Notes: generated by a model not told the origin, from the letters alone. A stretch of DNA of 64,000 bases from Chiloscyllium plagiosum (GCF_004010195.1 NC_057726.1:21535283-21599282); one strand, 5' to 3'; counted from the stretch's first letter, positions 1 through 13,238 are shown. Program-made: numbers and translations.

Positions 1-256
1 TCAATTTGGTGAATTGGCAAATTTAAGAGAAGACAATAAATTGTGTACTATCAATTCAATCTCCGAGAATGTTGTTGGTGTAGCACCCTTCAGTTTGCTA
101 GAGAGTAGATACATAGGGGAACATAAATAATAAAAAATAAGGCAAAGATTTTGCAATGCACTGAGACAGTAATTTTGACAAGGATTAAGACACAACAAAA
201 TTAAAAATCTAATATATTATCCATCAAAGCTGAATGAGGGGAGGAGAGAAAACTAT

Positions 257-1774
257 GTGTTGAATTTTCCCAAGTTGATTGATTGTCAATTCCGGGAGTT
301 GCATGACAGATTTCTCTGTGTGCGCCCAATTGATTTTGCTGAAGCAATTATAGACTATTCACCTCATTAATTATGTCCCGTCTCCCTGGTGCTGCTCTTG
401 TATAATTGTGCTGAGTGAGAGTACCCTGCTTTCACGCTTCAGCCTCCATGTTTCATCCTTATCTGCACACCATTGGAAACCATGCTTGCATGGGTTGAAG
501 TCACCACTCTATTCTATACAGTGTCCACTGGAGTAACATACAGCAATGCCTGAAGAAGGTGCAAGGCAAAATGCCATGATCTTCTCTCTGATCCCTTGCA
601 CTCTCTCTAATCTGCTACTGCACCCAACACCAACAAGCATTATGGTCTACCACTATCATAACTGTATCTTCCCTTAATGGGGCTCTCACCCATCCCATCT
701 CCTCAAATTGCTAACCCTTCCAGACCTCTGCAGTTTCTATTCATTCACTCAGGAGATCTAACTGAGGATGGCTGAGTCCCAAATGACTACAGTCCCCTTA
801 ACTGGACTAAAGACTGTTCCTCTAAGTTTCAGGCATAGCCAATTGGCTGAAGTTCATGCAGCATGTCTTCCACAAGCTGCTATTCCACAGCTGACATTGT
901 TGCAACACAATACCTTACGTCAATTCTGCCCACCACCTTGACCATTAATTGCTGGCCTGGCTTTTCTGTCAGTTCTCAAAGGTAAGGCATGGAATTGAAG
1001 AGATGTGCTGTGTACATCCAAGCAGATGTAAATCACTAAGAGAGCAAGCTAAGAGGTCAGAGATGTACCCTGTTTCAATGCATGAGATGCATGCCTGTTC
1101 TTGTGCAAAAAAGTGGCCTGGCAGCAGCACTGCAAAGCTAGCCACATGTGATCTTCAAAGTGCCACACTGATATGGTGAACTGTATTCTGAAGGAGTTAG
1201 AGATATGCTGAGATGACATTGTGAGGCTGGTGCTTGTCTGATACCCACTTCCAGTATATGTGTATATGTGCATACATGTTTGTGTACACACATGCATCTG
1301 TGTGCACATCTGCCTTGTGTCTGCATATGCATGCATGCACATCTGCACGTGTGCGTCCGCATGTGCACATATGTACACATGGGTGTGTGCGTCTACATGG
1401 GACTGTGTGTCTGTGTCTGTCTGGGACGTTAGACACTCGCTGTTCGTGGAGTATACCCTGAGATACTTGAAAGTGTTGGTCACGACAGAGGCCCAGAGAA
1501 GATGCTGGCAACCCTCTGAAGTCAGGAAGTGGTGCTTTCTAATTTCTTTCTGCTCCCTGGGAAAACAACAATCTGCATATAAATGTAGTGACATTAGGTA
1601 ATAATGAGATGTTAATGTATGCATGAAGGGCCCCCTCTCGTGAGTTTCTCATCTATCCACTAAGACCTTATGCTGAAAGTCTGACTCTCTTCTCCTCAAT
1701 GTTGAGGATCTTACTGCCTTTTCCCAAATGCTTACCATTGTAAGCATCACGTGGAGAAGGGGAAAATTCAGCCT
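257..1774. mobile_element. Candidate old non-autonomous TIR (PIF/Harbinger-like) DNA transposon
   Basis: Left end gtgttgaattttccc (257-271). Right end gggaaaattcagcct (1760-1774, reverse complement aggctgaattttccc). Flanking trinucleotides tat/tgt resemble a decayed 3-bp TSD. No internal coding remnant recognised. Confidence 0.4.
1255..1425. repeat. Degenerate (TG/CA)n purine-pyrimidine microsatellite
   Basis: Alternating tgtgtatatgtgcatacatg... tract. It generates the spurious overlapping ORFs at 1049-1624. Confidence 0.85.
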
Positions 1775-1892
1775 TGTACGGCAAAACGAAATGCATGTAC
1801 AAAAGAGCTTTCATTTTGACTGCACCTTTAACAAAACCAAAAGGCACTTCCATGGAGCGTAATCAAACAAAAAAAAATGAGAACAAGCCATT

Positions 1893-2220
1893 ATAGAATC
1901 CCTACAGTGTGGAAACATGCCTTTGGCCCAACAAGTGCACACCAGCCCTCCAAAGAGTATCACACTCAGACCCATTCCCCCACTCTATTGCTCTACATTT
2001 ACCCTGGATTAATGCATTTAACCTATACACCCCTGAGCACTATGGGGCAATTTAATATGGCTAATTCATCAAGCCTGCACATTTTTGGATTGCAGGAGGA
2101 AACCCGAGCACCAAGAGGAAACTCATGCAAACATGGGGGGAATATGCAAACTCCATACAGACAGTGGCCCAAGGCTGGAATTGAACCTGGGTCCCTGACC
2201 ACTGAGCCACCATACCACCC
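1893..2220 (-). mobile_element. HE1-type tRNA-derived V-SINE (older copy, head partly deleted)
   Basis: Homologous to the copies at 9232-9561 and 47625-47950. B-box reverse complement ggaattgaacc is present, with a CR1-like tail. Confidence 0.85.
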
Positions 2221-5019
2221 CAAGCTAGGTAAGGAGATATTAAACCATGTGTCAAAAAGCTTGGTCAAGGTGCTGGATTTCAATGAGGACTTCAGAGAGG
2301 ATGAAAAGATTGAAAGGCTGAGGGCAGGGAATGGAGCCTGTGCTGGAGATCAAATGATGTTCCAATATACAGTTGGAAGCAACCTCTGTCCATCCAACTC
2401 TGGATTTAAAACAGAGAGTGTGACAATTTAGAAATAGTGGCAGGCTCGAGAAAGTTGATGCTGAGCCAGGGGCCAGCATCAGCACATATGAATAACCTGA
2501 AATGTTTTTGAATGATCAGAAAACAAGATCACGTCTATGTAACTGTTGAATAAGGACCACTAATGGCTATGTAATATGATCAAGAAGCAATGTAGAAAAA
2601 TGTTCAAAGAACTTGCTGTCACAAGTTATTTTCAAAGCTCCACAATACTGAAGGATGTCTAAAGATTTCAGCTGATCAATGCGGGGCACAAAAGGAGTTG
2701 CACAGTCGGAAAAGTACCATGATCAAAGATCAATCCTCCCAAATTAGGATGGATGATCGAACATGAGAAGTCAGTCCCAGAAGCTGCAAAATTAGATAGA
2801 ATAAGTATGCATTTGGGTGAGACTTGACAAATTCTAAAACCCCGTGAATTGTAAGTAAACAATCAGTGGTGTTACTTTGACTGCAGAAATAGTTTTGTGA
2901 TTGCTATGATGATATTGAGGTTGTTAGCTGACCGTGGAAAGGTTTGAGTCTGTACAGCTCTAATATGAAGAGAAAGTAGCACATTACAGCAGAAACTCAT
3001 GAACAGAAGGACAGAAGTCAAAGGAGTCATACCTTAACAATACTTTGGTCAGATCATGTTTGGAGTCCAGAGCTCTGCTCTGTTTTTAAAGCTTGCTGAC
3101 CGTGCAAAGAATCTTTGTGCACCAAAAATGTATTTTTTTTTACTTCTGTATTCTTGCTTGGGGTATAGCCTTCATTGGCAAGGCCTGCATTTGCTACCCA
3201 TTTCTAATTGCCCTTGAGCTGGGTTAATAAGATAAAGACTGTAGAAGAGGCAACAGAGAGTTAAAAGTACAAAGCACAGATGAGAAAGGATTGAATAAAA
3301 TAATCAGAAACACAACATGCTTTGAACTTAAACAGTTAAAGTACAGAACACTAGTTCAAGCTTTTAAAAGTTTGGATTGCAGTTAGGAAGTTGTTCTGCA
3401 CACAGTGAACAATCAATAAATGGATTGAATTGTTAGGAGAAGTAAAATAAACTGGTCTGTTAGGAAAGGTAAAAGTATTGGGATCATTTGACAATTAGAT
3501 GTTGAGATGGTGGGCTTTTCAGCTCTTTAAGAATGTGTGGTTAAAATAGCCCAAGTAACCTTCTTCAAATATATCATTTTATCTTGTCATTCCAAACCTT
3601 CTTTCGCACATTCATGGACTGACAATTGAGAAGCAGTCTTTGAGGGTTATTTAGTTAGTGTACAACAATACCATTAACAGACCACAAATGCATGACAAAC
3701 CATTAATTACTCTATTAGTAAAATAGCTCAATGATTGTTCTTTGTTACTTTATGTCATGACAGACAATTAGGTGATAGAGGTACGACCAAAGAGTATTGG
3801 TTACACAAGGCCAGCACGTAGAAATCACAGATGCCACTGAAAAATCTGATAATGATATTCAGCTCTTATTTTGGCATGCTTACTAAACCTGTTCAATTTT
3901 CCAGCTAAACAAGAATAATCAGATGGAGAGATGGCAGTAAGGAAAGCAAAACTTATGAACAGAAAATTGTCACCAAGACCACAAATGAGTCAAGAAGTCA
4001 TAGTGCCAAATTAATATTTTGAAAAAGTGCACTGAATAATAATTTGCGATGCAGTAATTGTCTGTAAAAGTGGAACATAACAAATTCAGGAATGTATTGA
4101 AGGATACATATCGGTAAGAATAGTAGACCACCCCTCCCCCAACCATACACCACCCCGACAAGCCCACAACCATTCATCCTGCCAAAACTTCATGCAAGCT
4201 TCTGATTTTGCTTCGGAGAATGTGGAGGATTTAGTTAAATTATGACCGCACTCAATTTTTGCAAGGCCACATGCACACAGTAATTTTGAAAGGGCTGTTT
4301 TGTACATGACCTACCTTAGGGTTTTGTATTCATACATGGCAGTGCAGCTTTGAGGCAATATTTCATGCCATTCTATGCTTGTTCACCTAGGTTGACTTCC
4401 AATTAACCAGAGCTTAATTTTAAAATGATCTTGTTCGTCCCAGTATCTGTAAACCTCTTGATCCCTACAACCCTCTGATGAATTGTGCACTTCCAATTCT
4501 GCTCTTTGCACCTCAGCAATGTTAATCCATCCAGTATTGGAGACTACATCTTTAGCTGTCAACAGCATAAAATAAGTAATTCATTTTCTAAGCCTCTCTC
4601 TCTCACTATTCAATTTTCCAAGAATTAATGTAAAACTTTTTTACTTGACCAAGCTTTTGATTATCTACCCCTCTATTTCCCTATGTGCCTCATTGTCAAA
4701 TTTGTTCAGTAGTGTTCCTATTAAGTACTTCAGAACTTTTTTAAATGTTAGAAATGCAATTTAAGTGCCAGTTGCTTTTGGTGTAATGCAGAGAAATACA
4801 AGATAAAAGATTTTACAAAGAAGGAAACACACAATAAATGGTAAGATTCATAATCAAATGAAGAAACAGAGAGCTCCAAGGGCACAGATAATGACAATCT
4901 TTACAAGGGGTACTGGACAAGAAGACCATAGTGAAATTAAGTAGATTTATGAATTAAGCACCGTAGCAATAGACATTAAAACAAAATGATGTTGAATTTA
5001 TACTACTCAATTATGTCTG

Positions 5020-5773
5020 CAAATGGAATTTATTGTGGAAAAGTGTGAGGTGATTCACTTTGGAAGGAGCAGCAGGAATGCAGAGTACTGTGCACATGCA
5101 GAGAGATCACAGTGACCATGCACATAGATTGCTGAAAGTTGTCACCCAGGTTGATAGGGTTGTTAAGAAGGCATATGGTGTGTTAGCTTTTATTGGGAAA
5201 CGGATTGAGTTTCAGAGACACGAGGTCATGCTGCAGCTGTACAAAACTCTGATGCAGCCGCACTTGGAGTATTGCATACAGTTCTAGTCACTGCACTATA
5301 GGAAGGATGTGGAAGCTTTGGACAGGGTTCAGAGGAGATTTATTAGAACATTGCCTGGTATGGAGGGAAGGTTTTATGAGGAAAGGCTGAGGGACTTGAA
5401 GCTGTTTTGTGAGAGAGAAGACGTTTAAGAGGTGACTTAATTGAGACATATAAGATAATCAGAGGATTAGACAGAGTGGACAGTGAGAGTCTTTTTCCTT
5501 GGATGGTGATGGCTAGCAAGAGGGGACATAGCTTTAAATTGAGGGGTTATAGACATAGGACATTGCCAGAGGTAGGAGCATGGAATGCACTGCCTGCAGC
5601 AGGAGTAGACTCTCCAACTTTAAGGGCACTTAAATGGTCATTGGATAAACATATGGATGAAAATGGAATATTGTAGGATAGATGGGCTACAGATTGGTTT
5701 CACAGGTCGGTGCAACACTGAGGGCCAAAGGGCCTGTACTGCACCGTAATGTTCTAAGTTCTCTGTTCTATAT
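5020..5773 (+). mobile_element. CR1 LINE 3' fragment (RT C-terminus and tail), nested in older CR1 debris (about 4800-6170)
   Basis: Peptides LKVVTQVDRVVKKAYGVLAFI...LQLYKTLMQPHLEYCIQF and ESLFP...RGHSFKLRG. Ends in a gggccaaagggcctgt...gttcta tail. Confidence 0.9.
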
Positions 5774-6519
5774 TCCCTGCATGTCCAAGCAATTCATTAT
5801 AGGAAGGATGCTGGAGCCATGCTCTTCCCGGTGCAGAGAAGGTTAAGAAGGACTTAAGTCTAAGTATCCAAATTTCTAACAGATTTTGAGAGAATTACTG
5901 AAAAGTTCTTTCCGCTGGTCAGTAAAATTGCTAACTCTGCATTATCACCAGATGAATGAAGTTAGAAGTTAGAAAGAAATGTGTTTGCAAAGAGTTGTTA
6001 AAAGTTGGAATACTTTACACAAGTGCCTTTTTAGCAAATGTTAATCATATGCATCTAATTCCCTTTAAAATACTTCAAAAAGAATATAGAATGATACAGG
6101 AAAAGAGGATTGAAATAAGTTTAGAGCAGATGGCTTCTGAGGAAGAGTTGAACTGAATAGCTTCCTTATGTCAGATTATTTCTGTTCAAAACAATTCAGC
6201 ATATTTTGCACATGATTGTAATTTATTATTCCTGTTTGAAAAGAAATAGAAATGTTGAAATCCTACTGAGTACTGAGTATGCCAGAGAGTTGATCCCAAG
6301 CTTATGGCTCATAAAGTAACATCTAATTAATTGTTAATTACCACACATCTTGCCCAGATATATCCACACTACACACACGATTAGTAACACAATTATAACG
6401 TCCAAACATGGAACCCAGGTTTTCCAATAATACATCATCATTATGGAAACTAGTTGGGTGGGAAAGGCATCTGCTAAAATCACAAACACTGGCCCCATTC
6501 CAATTTCTTTGGACACTTC

Positions 6520-6690
6520 ACTTGAATTTTGGTGAGACAAACCAGGACAGGACTTATAAAGTTAATGGTAGGGCCCTGGGAACCATTGTTGAACAAAGAG
6601 ACTTAAGAGTGCAGATGCACAGTTCCTTGAAAGTGGCGTCACAGGTCAACAGAATGATGAAGAATGCTTGGCACGCTTGCCTTCGTTGGT
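6520..6690 (+). mobile_element. CR1 LINE internal fragment
   Basis: Peptide NQDRTYKVNGRALGTIVEQRDLRVQMHSSLKVASQVNRMMK, typical of CR1 ORF2. Confidence 0.8.
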
Positions 6691-6699
6691 GCGAACCAA

Positions 6700-7660
6700 G
6701 CAGTGGCGAAGGGAATAGGTGAACTTCCCCCACCCCTCTAAGCATAATAAAGACAGGGTCCCCTTGTCCTCATTTTCCACCCCACTAGTCTATGCATCTA
6801 ACATATCATCCTCAAATATTTCTGCCAACTCCAACTAAACCCCATCATCAAGAAAATCTTTCCCTCCCCATCCCTGTCTGCTTTCCCCAAGGACCATTCC
6901 CTCCGACAGTCCTTGGTTCATGCTACACTTCTCCCGAACCCCCAGGTATCTTCCCCGCAACTGTAAAAGATGCAAAACATGCCGGCACACCACCTCCCTC
7001 ACCTCCATCCAGGGCCCCAAGTAGTCTTCCCAGGTGAAACAGATGTTCATCTGCCTCTCCTCCAACCTAGTTTACTGTATCCGGTGCTCTCAATGGGGTC
7101 TTCTCTCCATCAGGGAGACCAAATGTAAACTCAGGGCACGTTTCACCAAGCATCTCAGCCAGGCCCGCACGGGCCGACCTGACCTCCCAGTCACAGCTCA
7201 TTTTAATTCCCCATCCTACTCCCTTTCTGACATGACCATCCTCAGCCTCCTCCATTGCCATAGAGAATCAGACTGCAAGTTGGAGGGACAACACCTTATC
7301 TTTCAACTGAGCAGCCGACAGCACAGAGGACTTAACAGTGAGTTGTCCAATTTCAAATAACCTTCCCAGCCATTCCCTGACTCCCTTCCCAGCCCCGCCT
7401 CCTCGCTTCCAGCCCTCTGACCAATCCTTCCTTCCAACTATCACCCGGATTCATTCCTCCCACCAACTAACCAGGTCATATGCACCACCTGCATTAATCT
7501 ATCACTACCTTACCGACCCTTCCCCCCCCCCACTTTATTTGCAGCTCCTCCTATCCCACCTTTATTCCTGAAGAAGAGTTATATCCAAAATGTTGACTTC
7601 TCCACCTCCTCATGCTGCCTGGCTTGCTGTGTTCTTCCAGCGCCTTGTTTGTCTACTTTA
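6700..7660 (+). mobile_element. Penelope-like element 3' part: GIY-YIG endonuclease remnant plus pLTR with decayed hammerhead
   Basis: KDRVPLVLIFHPT linker. ORF 7034-7360 reads SSNLVYCIRCSQWGLLSIRETKCKLRARFTKHL...VTAHFNSP...KLEGQHLIFQL...GLN, a PLE GIY-YIG pattern. CTGAAGA at 7568 is followed by a mutated stem and GAAA. Confidence 0.9.
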
Positions 7661-7767
7661 ATATATGGCATCAAATAAATGACTTTTAAGCTACAGTTCT
7701 TCCATTTATACCACTGCCACTTGTCTATATAACAAAACCATCATCACAGTAAAAACTAAGTACAGTA

Positions 7768-7962
7768 AAACAAAGAACCGCTGTAGATAGAAGTTGCTGG
7801 AAAAACTCAGCAGGTCTGGCAGCATCTACAGAGAGTGAAACAGAGTTAATATTCCATGTCCAATGAACCTTCCTCAGAAAGGCTCTGAAAAATGAACTCT
7901 GCTTTCTCTCCAAGCATACTGCCAGACCTGCTAATTTTCGCCAGTAACTTTTGTTTGTGTTT
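7768..7962. mobile_element. Older hairpin-shaped PLE pLTR insertion
   Basis: Arms agttgctggaaaaactcagcaggtctggcagcat...cagagtt and aactctg...tactgccagacctgcta...ccagtaact are inverted copies. A decayed CTGAGGA hammerhead core lies on the minus strand near 7845-7878. Confidence 0.7.
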
Positions 7963-8194
7963 AAGATCTATGTGTATATTTCACAACAGCTCTGAACTTC
8001 TTTTCCACAAAGCTTTCTTTGCCATCTCTTGTTCATGGAGGTATGATCATATGACAAATGGGTCACATGACACTTGATACCATTTGGCAAATGCTGGGTC
8101 CCCTCCAATTGAGCACCTTAATGCTGGCAGCTGTTGGGCAGGAAGGTTAGAGTTTATATTGGGCAGCAAGGATGTTAGACATGATGTAACCTTA

Positions 8195-8545
8195 CAAGAA
8201 CGTAAGATATGGAAATAGGGGGAAACCTCATGGCACCTCAGGCTATTTCTATCATTGGACACGATCATGGCTATCCTCCTGCCTCTGATTCCCTGGCCCT
8301 CCTCAAATTCCTTGGTTTTCTGAGAGATCGAAAGTCAATCTTAAATATACTCAACAATTATGCATCCCAAACCATAGGAGGTCGAGAATTTCAATGATTC
8401 AAAATTAGTTGAATGAAGGCATTTATCTTGATCTCAGTGCAAAATGATCAACCTTTTATCCTTATGTTATAGATTACCCAGCCAAGGAAAACAGCCTCTC
8501 AGATTCCTACCATGTCAAGCCCATTCAGAATGTTGTAGGTTTCCT
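8195..8545 (-). mobile_element. CR1 LINE 3' end (old)
   Basis: Homologous to the 3' end of the CR1 at 53853 onward (agaacgtaagatatgg..., atcatggct..., ggaaacagcctctc). Confidence 0.7.
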
Positions 8546-9021
8546 GATCTTCAATTAGATATTGGTTTTGATCATAGATTTTTATCCCTCACAGATTAAA
8601 CCAAGTTCCCTTCCATATGGACAGCCCTTCCCTTAAGCACTGTATAATACCACAAACAACAAGGTTATATTGGAGGTTGCAGACATCCACAGTACCCACT
8701 TCAATGAACTGCTTTATGTTGTGAACAGAACAGGTACACATGTGCAGAAACAGTTCAAGGTGACTGTGGAATGGGGAACAGCTGTACTAAATTGGGAGCA
8801 AACAAATGTGGTAATCACCAAACAAGATTGGCAATGTTTTTCCCCCAGCTTTGGTTCGAAGAGATTCCCATTCAAATCAGGGAAGGGCTGGAAAACCCTG
8901 TCCATAATTCTGTCAGGTATGTAGTGATAAGCTTTACATTTGAGCTATCCTGACAGCATAAGAATTGCACAGACACCATTAGTTATACATGCTATCTCCT
9001 ACTAAGATAGTGTATAAGTAA

Positions 9022-10043
9022 TGTTATGAAGATGTGGGTGTACTGTACTTTTAAGACAGTTAAAAGCTAGCAGTGACAGCACCAAGTTTCTCAATAAGAC
9101 ACAATGTAACATATGCTCCGGCTACTGGGGTAGCTGGTTGCCTGGAAATTACAAAACAGATTCGAATTAGGCCAATCAGTTTAAATTACACCCCAAAAAA
9201 TACCAATTTCCAACCAAATTTGAATTGAGTATAGATTAGATTAGATTAGATTACTTACAGTGTGGAAACAGGCCCTTCAGCCCAATAAGTCCACACCGAC
9301 CCGCCGAAGCGTATACCACCCAGACCCATACCCCTACATTTACCCCTTCACCTAATACTACGGACAATTTGGCATGGTCAATTCACCTAACCTGCACATT
9401 TTTGGATTGTGGGAGGAAACCAGAGCACCTGGAGGAAACCCACGCAGACACAGGGAGAATGTGCAAACTCCACACAGTCAGTCGCCTGAGTTGGGAATTG
9501 AACCCGGGTCTCTGGCGCTGTGAGGCAGCAGTGCTAACCACTGTGCCACCGTGCCGCCCACAATATTGACAATCGTAAAAGCTAATGACAGAATCCGATG
9601 CTTTGGGGTTTAAGACTGGGGTAAATTGAATAGTTGGGCGGAGAACTGCCAAGCCAATGACATTTGCCCAGAAAATAGCTCTCTTAAAATATACCTTAAT
9701 CGATCAGTAACCTGTGAAGCAGACTTCCCAAGAAGAAGAAAAAGACAGGAATTCGGAAAAAAACTGAAAATGGCCTAGTTTTGAGATAAGAAGTGTTGTT
9801 TTGTAAATCTTAATTGGGAGTTTTATCAGACTAGTATTATAGAAGGCATAAAAGATAGGTTAGAAGAAGGACTTGTAAATAATTGTTAGTTAATTATTCT
9901 CTGTTACACTTTAAGAAATAAAGTTATTAATTTTAACTTTAACTCATTCTTAGGTTTTCAAATTTTCACAGATTACTGCACAGGATTAATCTTTTCTGTG
10001 TTGCTGGTTTTAAATTAAGTAGGAGAGTACCATTGTCATAACC
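9022..10043 (+). mobile_element. Solo LTR (LTR retrotransposon), interrupted by a SINE
   Basis: Starts TGTTATGA and ends TCATAAC(C), i.e. short inverted termini. AATAAA near 9917. Architecture resembles the LTRs at 19693 and 42055. No clear TSD. Confidence 0.6.
9232..9561 (-). mobile_element. HE1-type V-SINE, young full-length copy
   Basis: On the minus strand: tRNA head with A-box TGGCACAGTGG and B-box GGTTCAATTCC, central conserved domain, CR1-derived tail and (TCTAA)n end. Near-identical to 47625-47950. Confidence 0.92.
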
Positions 10044-10831
10044 CATGTCTTAACAATAATGGTAACTGTGCAATTCTTCCCTTTTGTCTCTTTCCTTATG
10101 ACATCTTCAATTAAGTAGCTGCCCAAAGTATAAATATTATCAGGTATAATAGCTTTAGCATGTTAACTGTGAATTAAAATCACAAACTTAAGCTTCTAAA
10201 TTTGTATTTTGGGGAAAATTAAATAGGATAATATATTAAGGTTCTAAACAGAGGGCCCACAAGTACAGATGGTCTGGCTCAGTACAAGTCCAAGATTAAT
10301 GCCTGGCTAATGTCAATGGGTAATGGAGCATAAAGGGAAAGGATTGTCTCATTGAAATTGGTTTCTGTGGACTCGGGCAATGACCAAAACGGAGAATGGT
10401 AGTGGGAACTAAACAAGATTTTGTAAAAGGGGTTACAAGAGGACTAAGATAACACTTTACAAGATAATATAGGAAAACATATATTGACTGTCTCTCCATC
10501 ACCACCAACCACCCACCCCATCTTCTTTGAATGGTCCACACCAACAGATATCTGGAGAAGGACCTTGTACACCCTACGGTTGTATCAATGTTGGAAGCAG
10601 ACGAGACAGAGTGTAAACAAATTCCTGTAGATAGGATAAGTGGAAGACCCCAGATAGAAAATCTTTGTGTATTGTATGAGAACAAAATGTAAGCAATGTA
10701 TGCACGTGTGAATGTGGGGGAAATAAAGGCTGATGATTTTCCGTGTGTATCAGAGATAGATCAGACAAAGATTGAACAATGTGGGACAGAGCAATGTAGA
10801 GCCAGACAGAATATCAGGCAGAATTCTGTTT

Positions 10832-12460
10832 GGAAAAAGTGAGGACTGCAGATGCTGTGGATCAGAGCTTAAAAATGTGTTGCTGGAAAAGCGCAGCAGG
10901 NNNNNNNNNNNNNNNNNNNNNNNNNNNNNNNNNNNNNNNNNNNNNNNNNNNNNNNNNNNNNNNNNNNNNNNNNNNNNNNNNNNNNNNNNNNNNNNNNNNN
11001 NNNNNNNNNNNNNNNNNNNNNNNNNNNNNNNNNNNNNNNNNNNNNNNNNNNNNNNNNNNNNNNNNNNNNNNNNNNNNNNNNNNNNNNNNNNNNNNNNNNN
11101 NNNNNNNNNNNNNNNNNNNNNNNNNNNNNNNNNNNNNNNNNNNNNNNNNNNNNNNNNNNNNNNNNNNNNNNNNNNNNNNNNNNNNNNNNNNNNNNNNNNN
11201 NNNNNNNNNNNNNNNNNNNNNNNNNNNNNNNNNNNNNNNNNNNNNNNNNNNNNNNNNNNNNNNNNNNNNNNNNNNNNNNNNNNNNNNNNNNNNNNNNNNN
11301 NNNNNNNNNNNNNNNNNNNNNNNNNNNNNNNNNNNNNNNNNNNNNNNNNNNNNNNNNNNNNNNNNNNNNNNNNNNNNNNNNNNNNNNNNNNNNNNNNNNN
11401 NNNNNNNNNNNNNNNNNNNNNNNNNNNNNNNNNNNNNNNNNNNNNNNNNNNNNNNNNNNNNNNNNNNNNNNNNNNNNNNNNNNNNNNNNNNNNNNNNNNN
11501 NNNNNNNNNNNNNNNNNNNNNNNNNNNNNNNNNNNNNNNNNNNNNNNNNNNNNNNNNNNNNNNNNNNNNNNNNNNNNNNNNNNNNNNNNNNNNNNNNNNN
11601 NNNNNNNNNNNNNNNNNNNNNNNNNNNNNNNNNNNNNNNNNNNNNNNNNNNNNNNNNNNNNNNNNNNNNNNNNNNNNNNNNNCTCCTGGGAGCAGATGCG
11701 GCGAAGGCGAAGGAATTGGGAATATGGGATGGCGTTTTTACAGGGGGCAGGGTGGGTCGCTGTGGGAGTCAGTCGGTTTATAGTATACGTCCGTGTTGAG
11801 TCGGTCGTCCGAGATAGAGATGGAGAGGTCTAGGAAGGGGAGGGAGGAGTCTGAAATGGTCCAGGTAAATTTGAGGTCGGGGTGGAAGGTGTTAGTAAAG
11901 TGGATGAACTGTTCAACCTCCTCGTGGGAGCACGAGGCAGCGCCGATACAGTCATCAGTGTAGCGGAGGAAAAGGTGGAGGGTGGTGCCAGTGCAGCTGC
12001 GGAAGATGGACTGTTCCACATATCCTACGAAGAGGCAGGCAAAGCTAGGGCCCATGCAGATGCCGATGGCTACTCCTTTGGTTTGGAGGAAGTGGGAGGA
12101 CTGGAAGGAGAAGTTGTTAAGAGTGAGGACCAGTTCAGTCAGTCGAAGGAGAGTGTCAGTGGAAGGGTACTGGTTGGTTCGGCGGGAAAGGAATAAGTGG
12201 AGGGCTTTGAGGTCTTCATGATGGGGGATGGAGATGTATCGGGACTGGATGTCCATGGTGAAGATAAGGCGTTGGGGGCCGGGGAAGCAAAAATCATGGA
12301 GGAGGTGGAAGGCGTGGGTGGTGTCCCGAACGTAGGTGGGGAGTTCTTGGACTAAGGGGGACAGGACCGTGACAAGATATGCAGAAATGAGTTCGGTGGG
12401 GCAGGAGCAGGCTGAGACAATGGGTCGGCCGGGGCAGTCAGGTTTGTGGATTTTGGGCAG
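10832..12460 (-). mobile_element. 5'-truncated Penelope-like element (RT remnant, gap, pLTR end) with TSD
   Basis: ORF 11738-12256 reads MDIQSRYISIPH...NNFSF...QTKGVAIGICMGPSFACLFVG...FLRYTDD...LPFLDL...VYYKPTDSH, a PLE RT with YIDD changed to YTDD. It continues after a small deletion as HPAPCKNAIPYSQFLRLRRICSQE. The pLTR terminus ggaaaaagtgaggactgcagatgctg lies at 10832. Direct repeat gaattctgtttgg at 10821-10833 and 12461-12473. Confidence 0.92.
10901..11682. other. Assembly gap (782 N)
   Basis: Run of N inside the Penelope element. Confidence 1.
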
Positions 12461-12610
12461 GAATTCTGTTTGGCCTGTCTAACACAGGCTTTATCTCTGA
12501 AGTTATTTGAATGAACATGTACTCTGTACAGGAGATTTGCAACAATATTATCCATTTCATTTTAATTTGTACTTTTGTACCTCTGTTGTCATCATTTTTG
12601 TGGCCTGAGC

Positions 12611-12859
12611 AAGAATTAAAATTTGCTAGGTAATAGAAATGAAAGAATGAGTGTGACAGGTAACCTTGACACCATTCCTTGTACCATATTGAATGACATA
12701 GCGTCGGATGATGTGGAGTCTGTGTGGGTGGAATTGAGGAACCACAAAGGCAAAAAAAACATAATTGGAGTTGTGTATAGAAGAATTAAAATTTGCTAGG
12801 TAATAGAAATGAAAGCATGAGTGTGACAGGTAACCTTGACACCATTCCTTGTACCATAT
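12611..12859 (+). repeat. 79-bp direct duplication enclosing a 91-bp CR1 endonuclease-coding fragment
   Basis: 12611-12689 matches 12781-12859 with one mismatch. The insert 12690-12780 translates NDIASDDVESVWVELRNHKGKKNIIGVVYR, from the APE endonuclease region of CR1 ORF2. Confidence 0.9.
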
Positions 12860-13238
12860 GATTTACGGCACCAGGGTATAACCTGGTACTTCTCAATAGC
12901 ATTAAAAGGTTAAAACAAAACAAACCTCTCAAGAATGTTCTTGACTTACTACGTTAAAAAAAACAATTTGCCATGATCTGAGGACCACAGGGATGCTCTC
13001 TCAAGAGAAAGAGAGAGAGATGATTGGTGATGCTTTAACTCAAGGATCACCACACTTCAGGCAAGGGGCAAGGCTGAATGGGACTGTCCTTCACGGTATC
13101 TTCAGCTAGAGCACAAAATGAACCCTTGCTGTTGGCACCATCCTGCATTGCAAACAACTATCCAGACAATTGAGTTATCTGATCTCTGTGGATGCATTAG
13201 AATGCAAGTTCTGTTTAGGTGACCCATGAACTCCAGAT

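Noticed and set aside
1049-1624. 191-aa ORF and overlapping His/Cys/Met-rich ORFs
   Set aside because: Produced by the TG/CA microsatellite, with no domain.
1877-2431. 184-aa ORF
   Set aside because: Chance frame through an antisense HE1 SINE.
10772-11833. 353-aa and 317-aa ORFs
   Set aside because: Artefacts of translating through the N gap.
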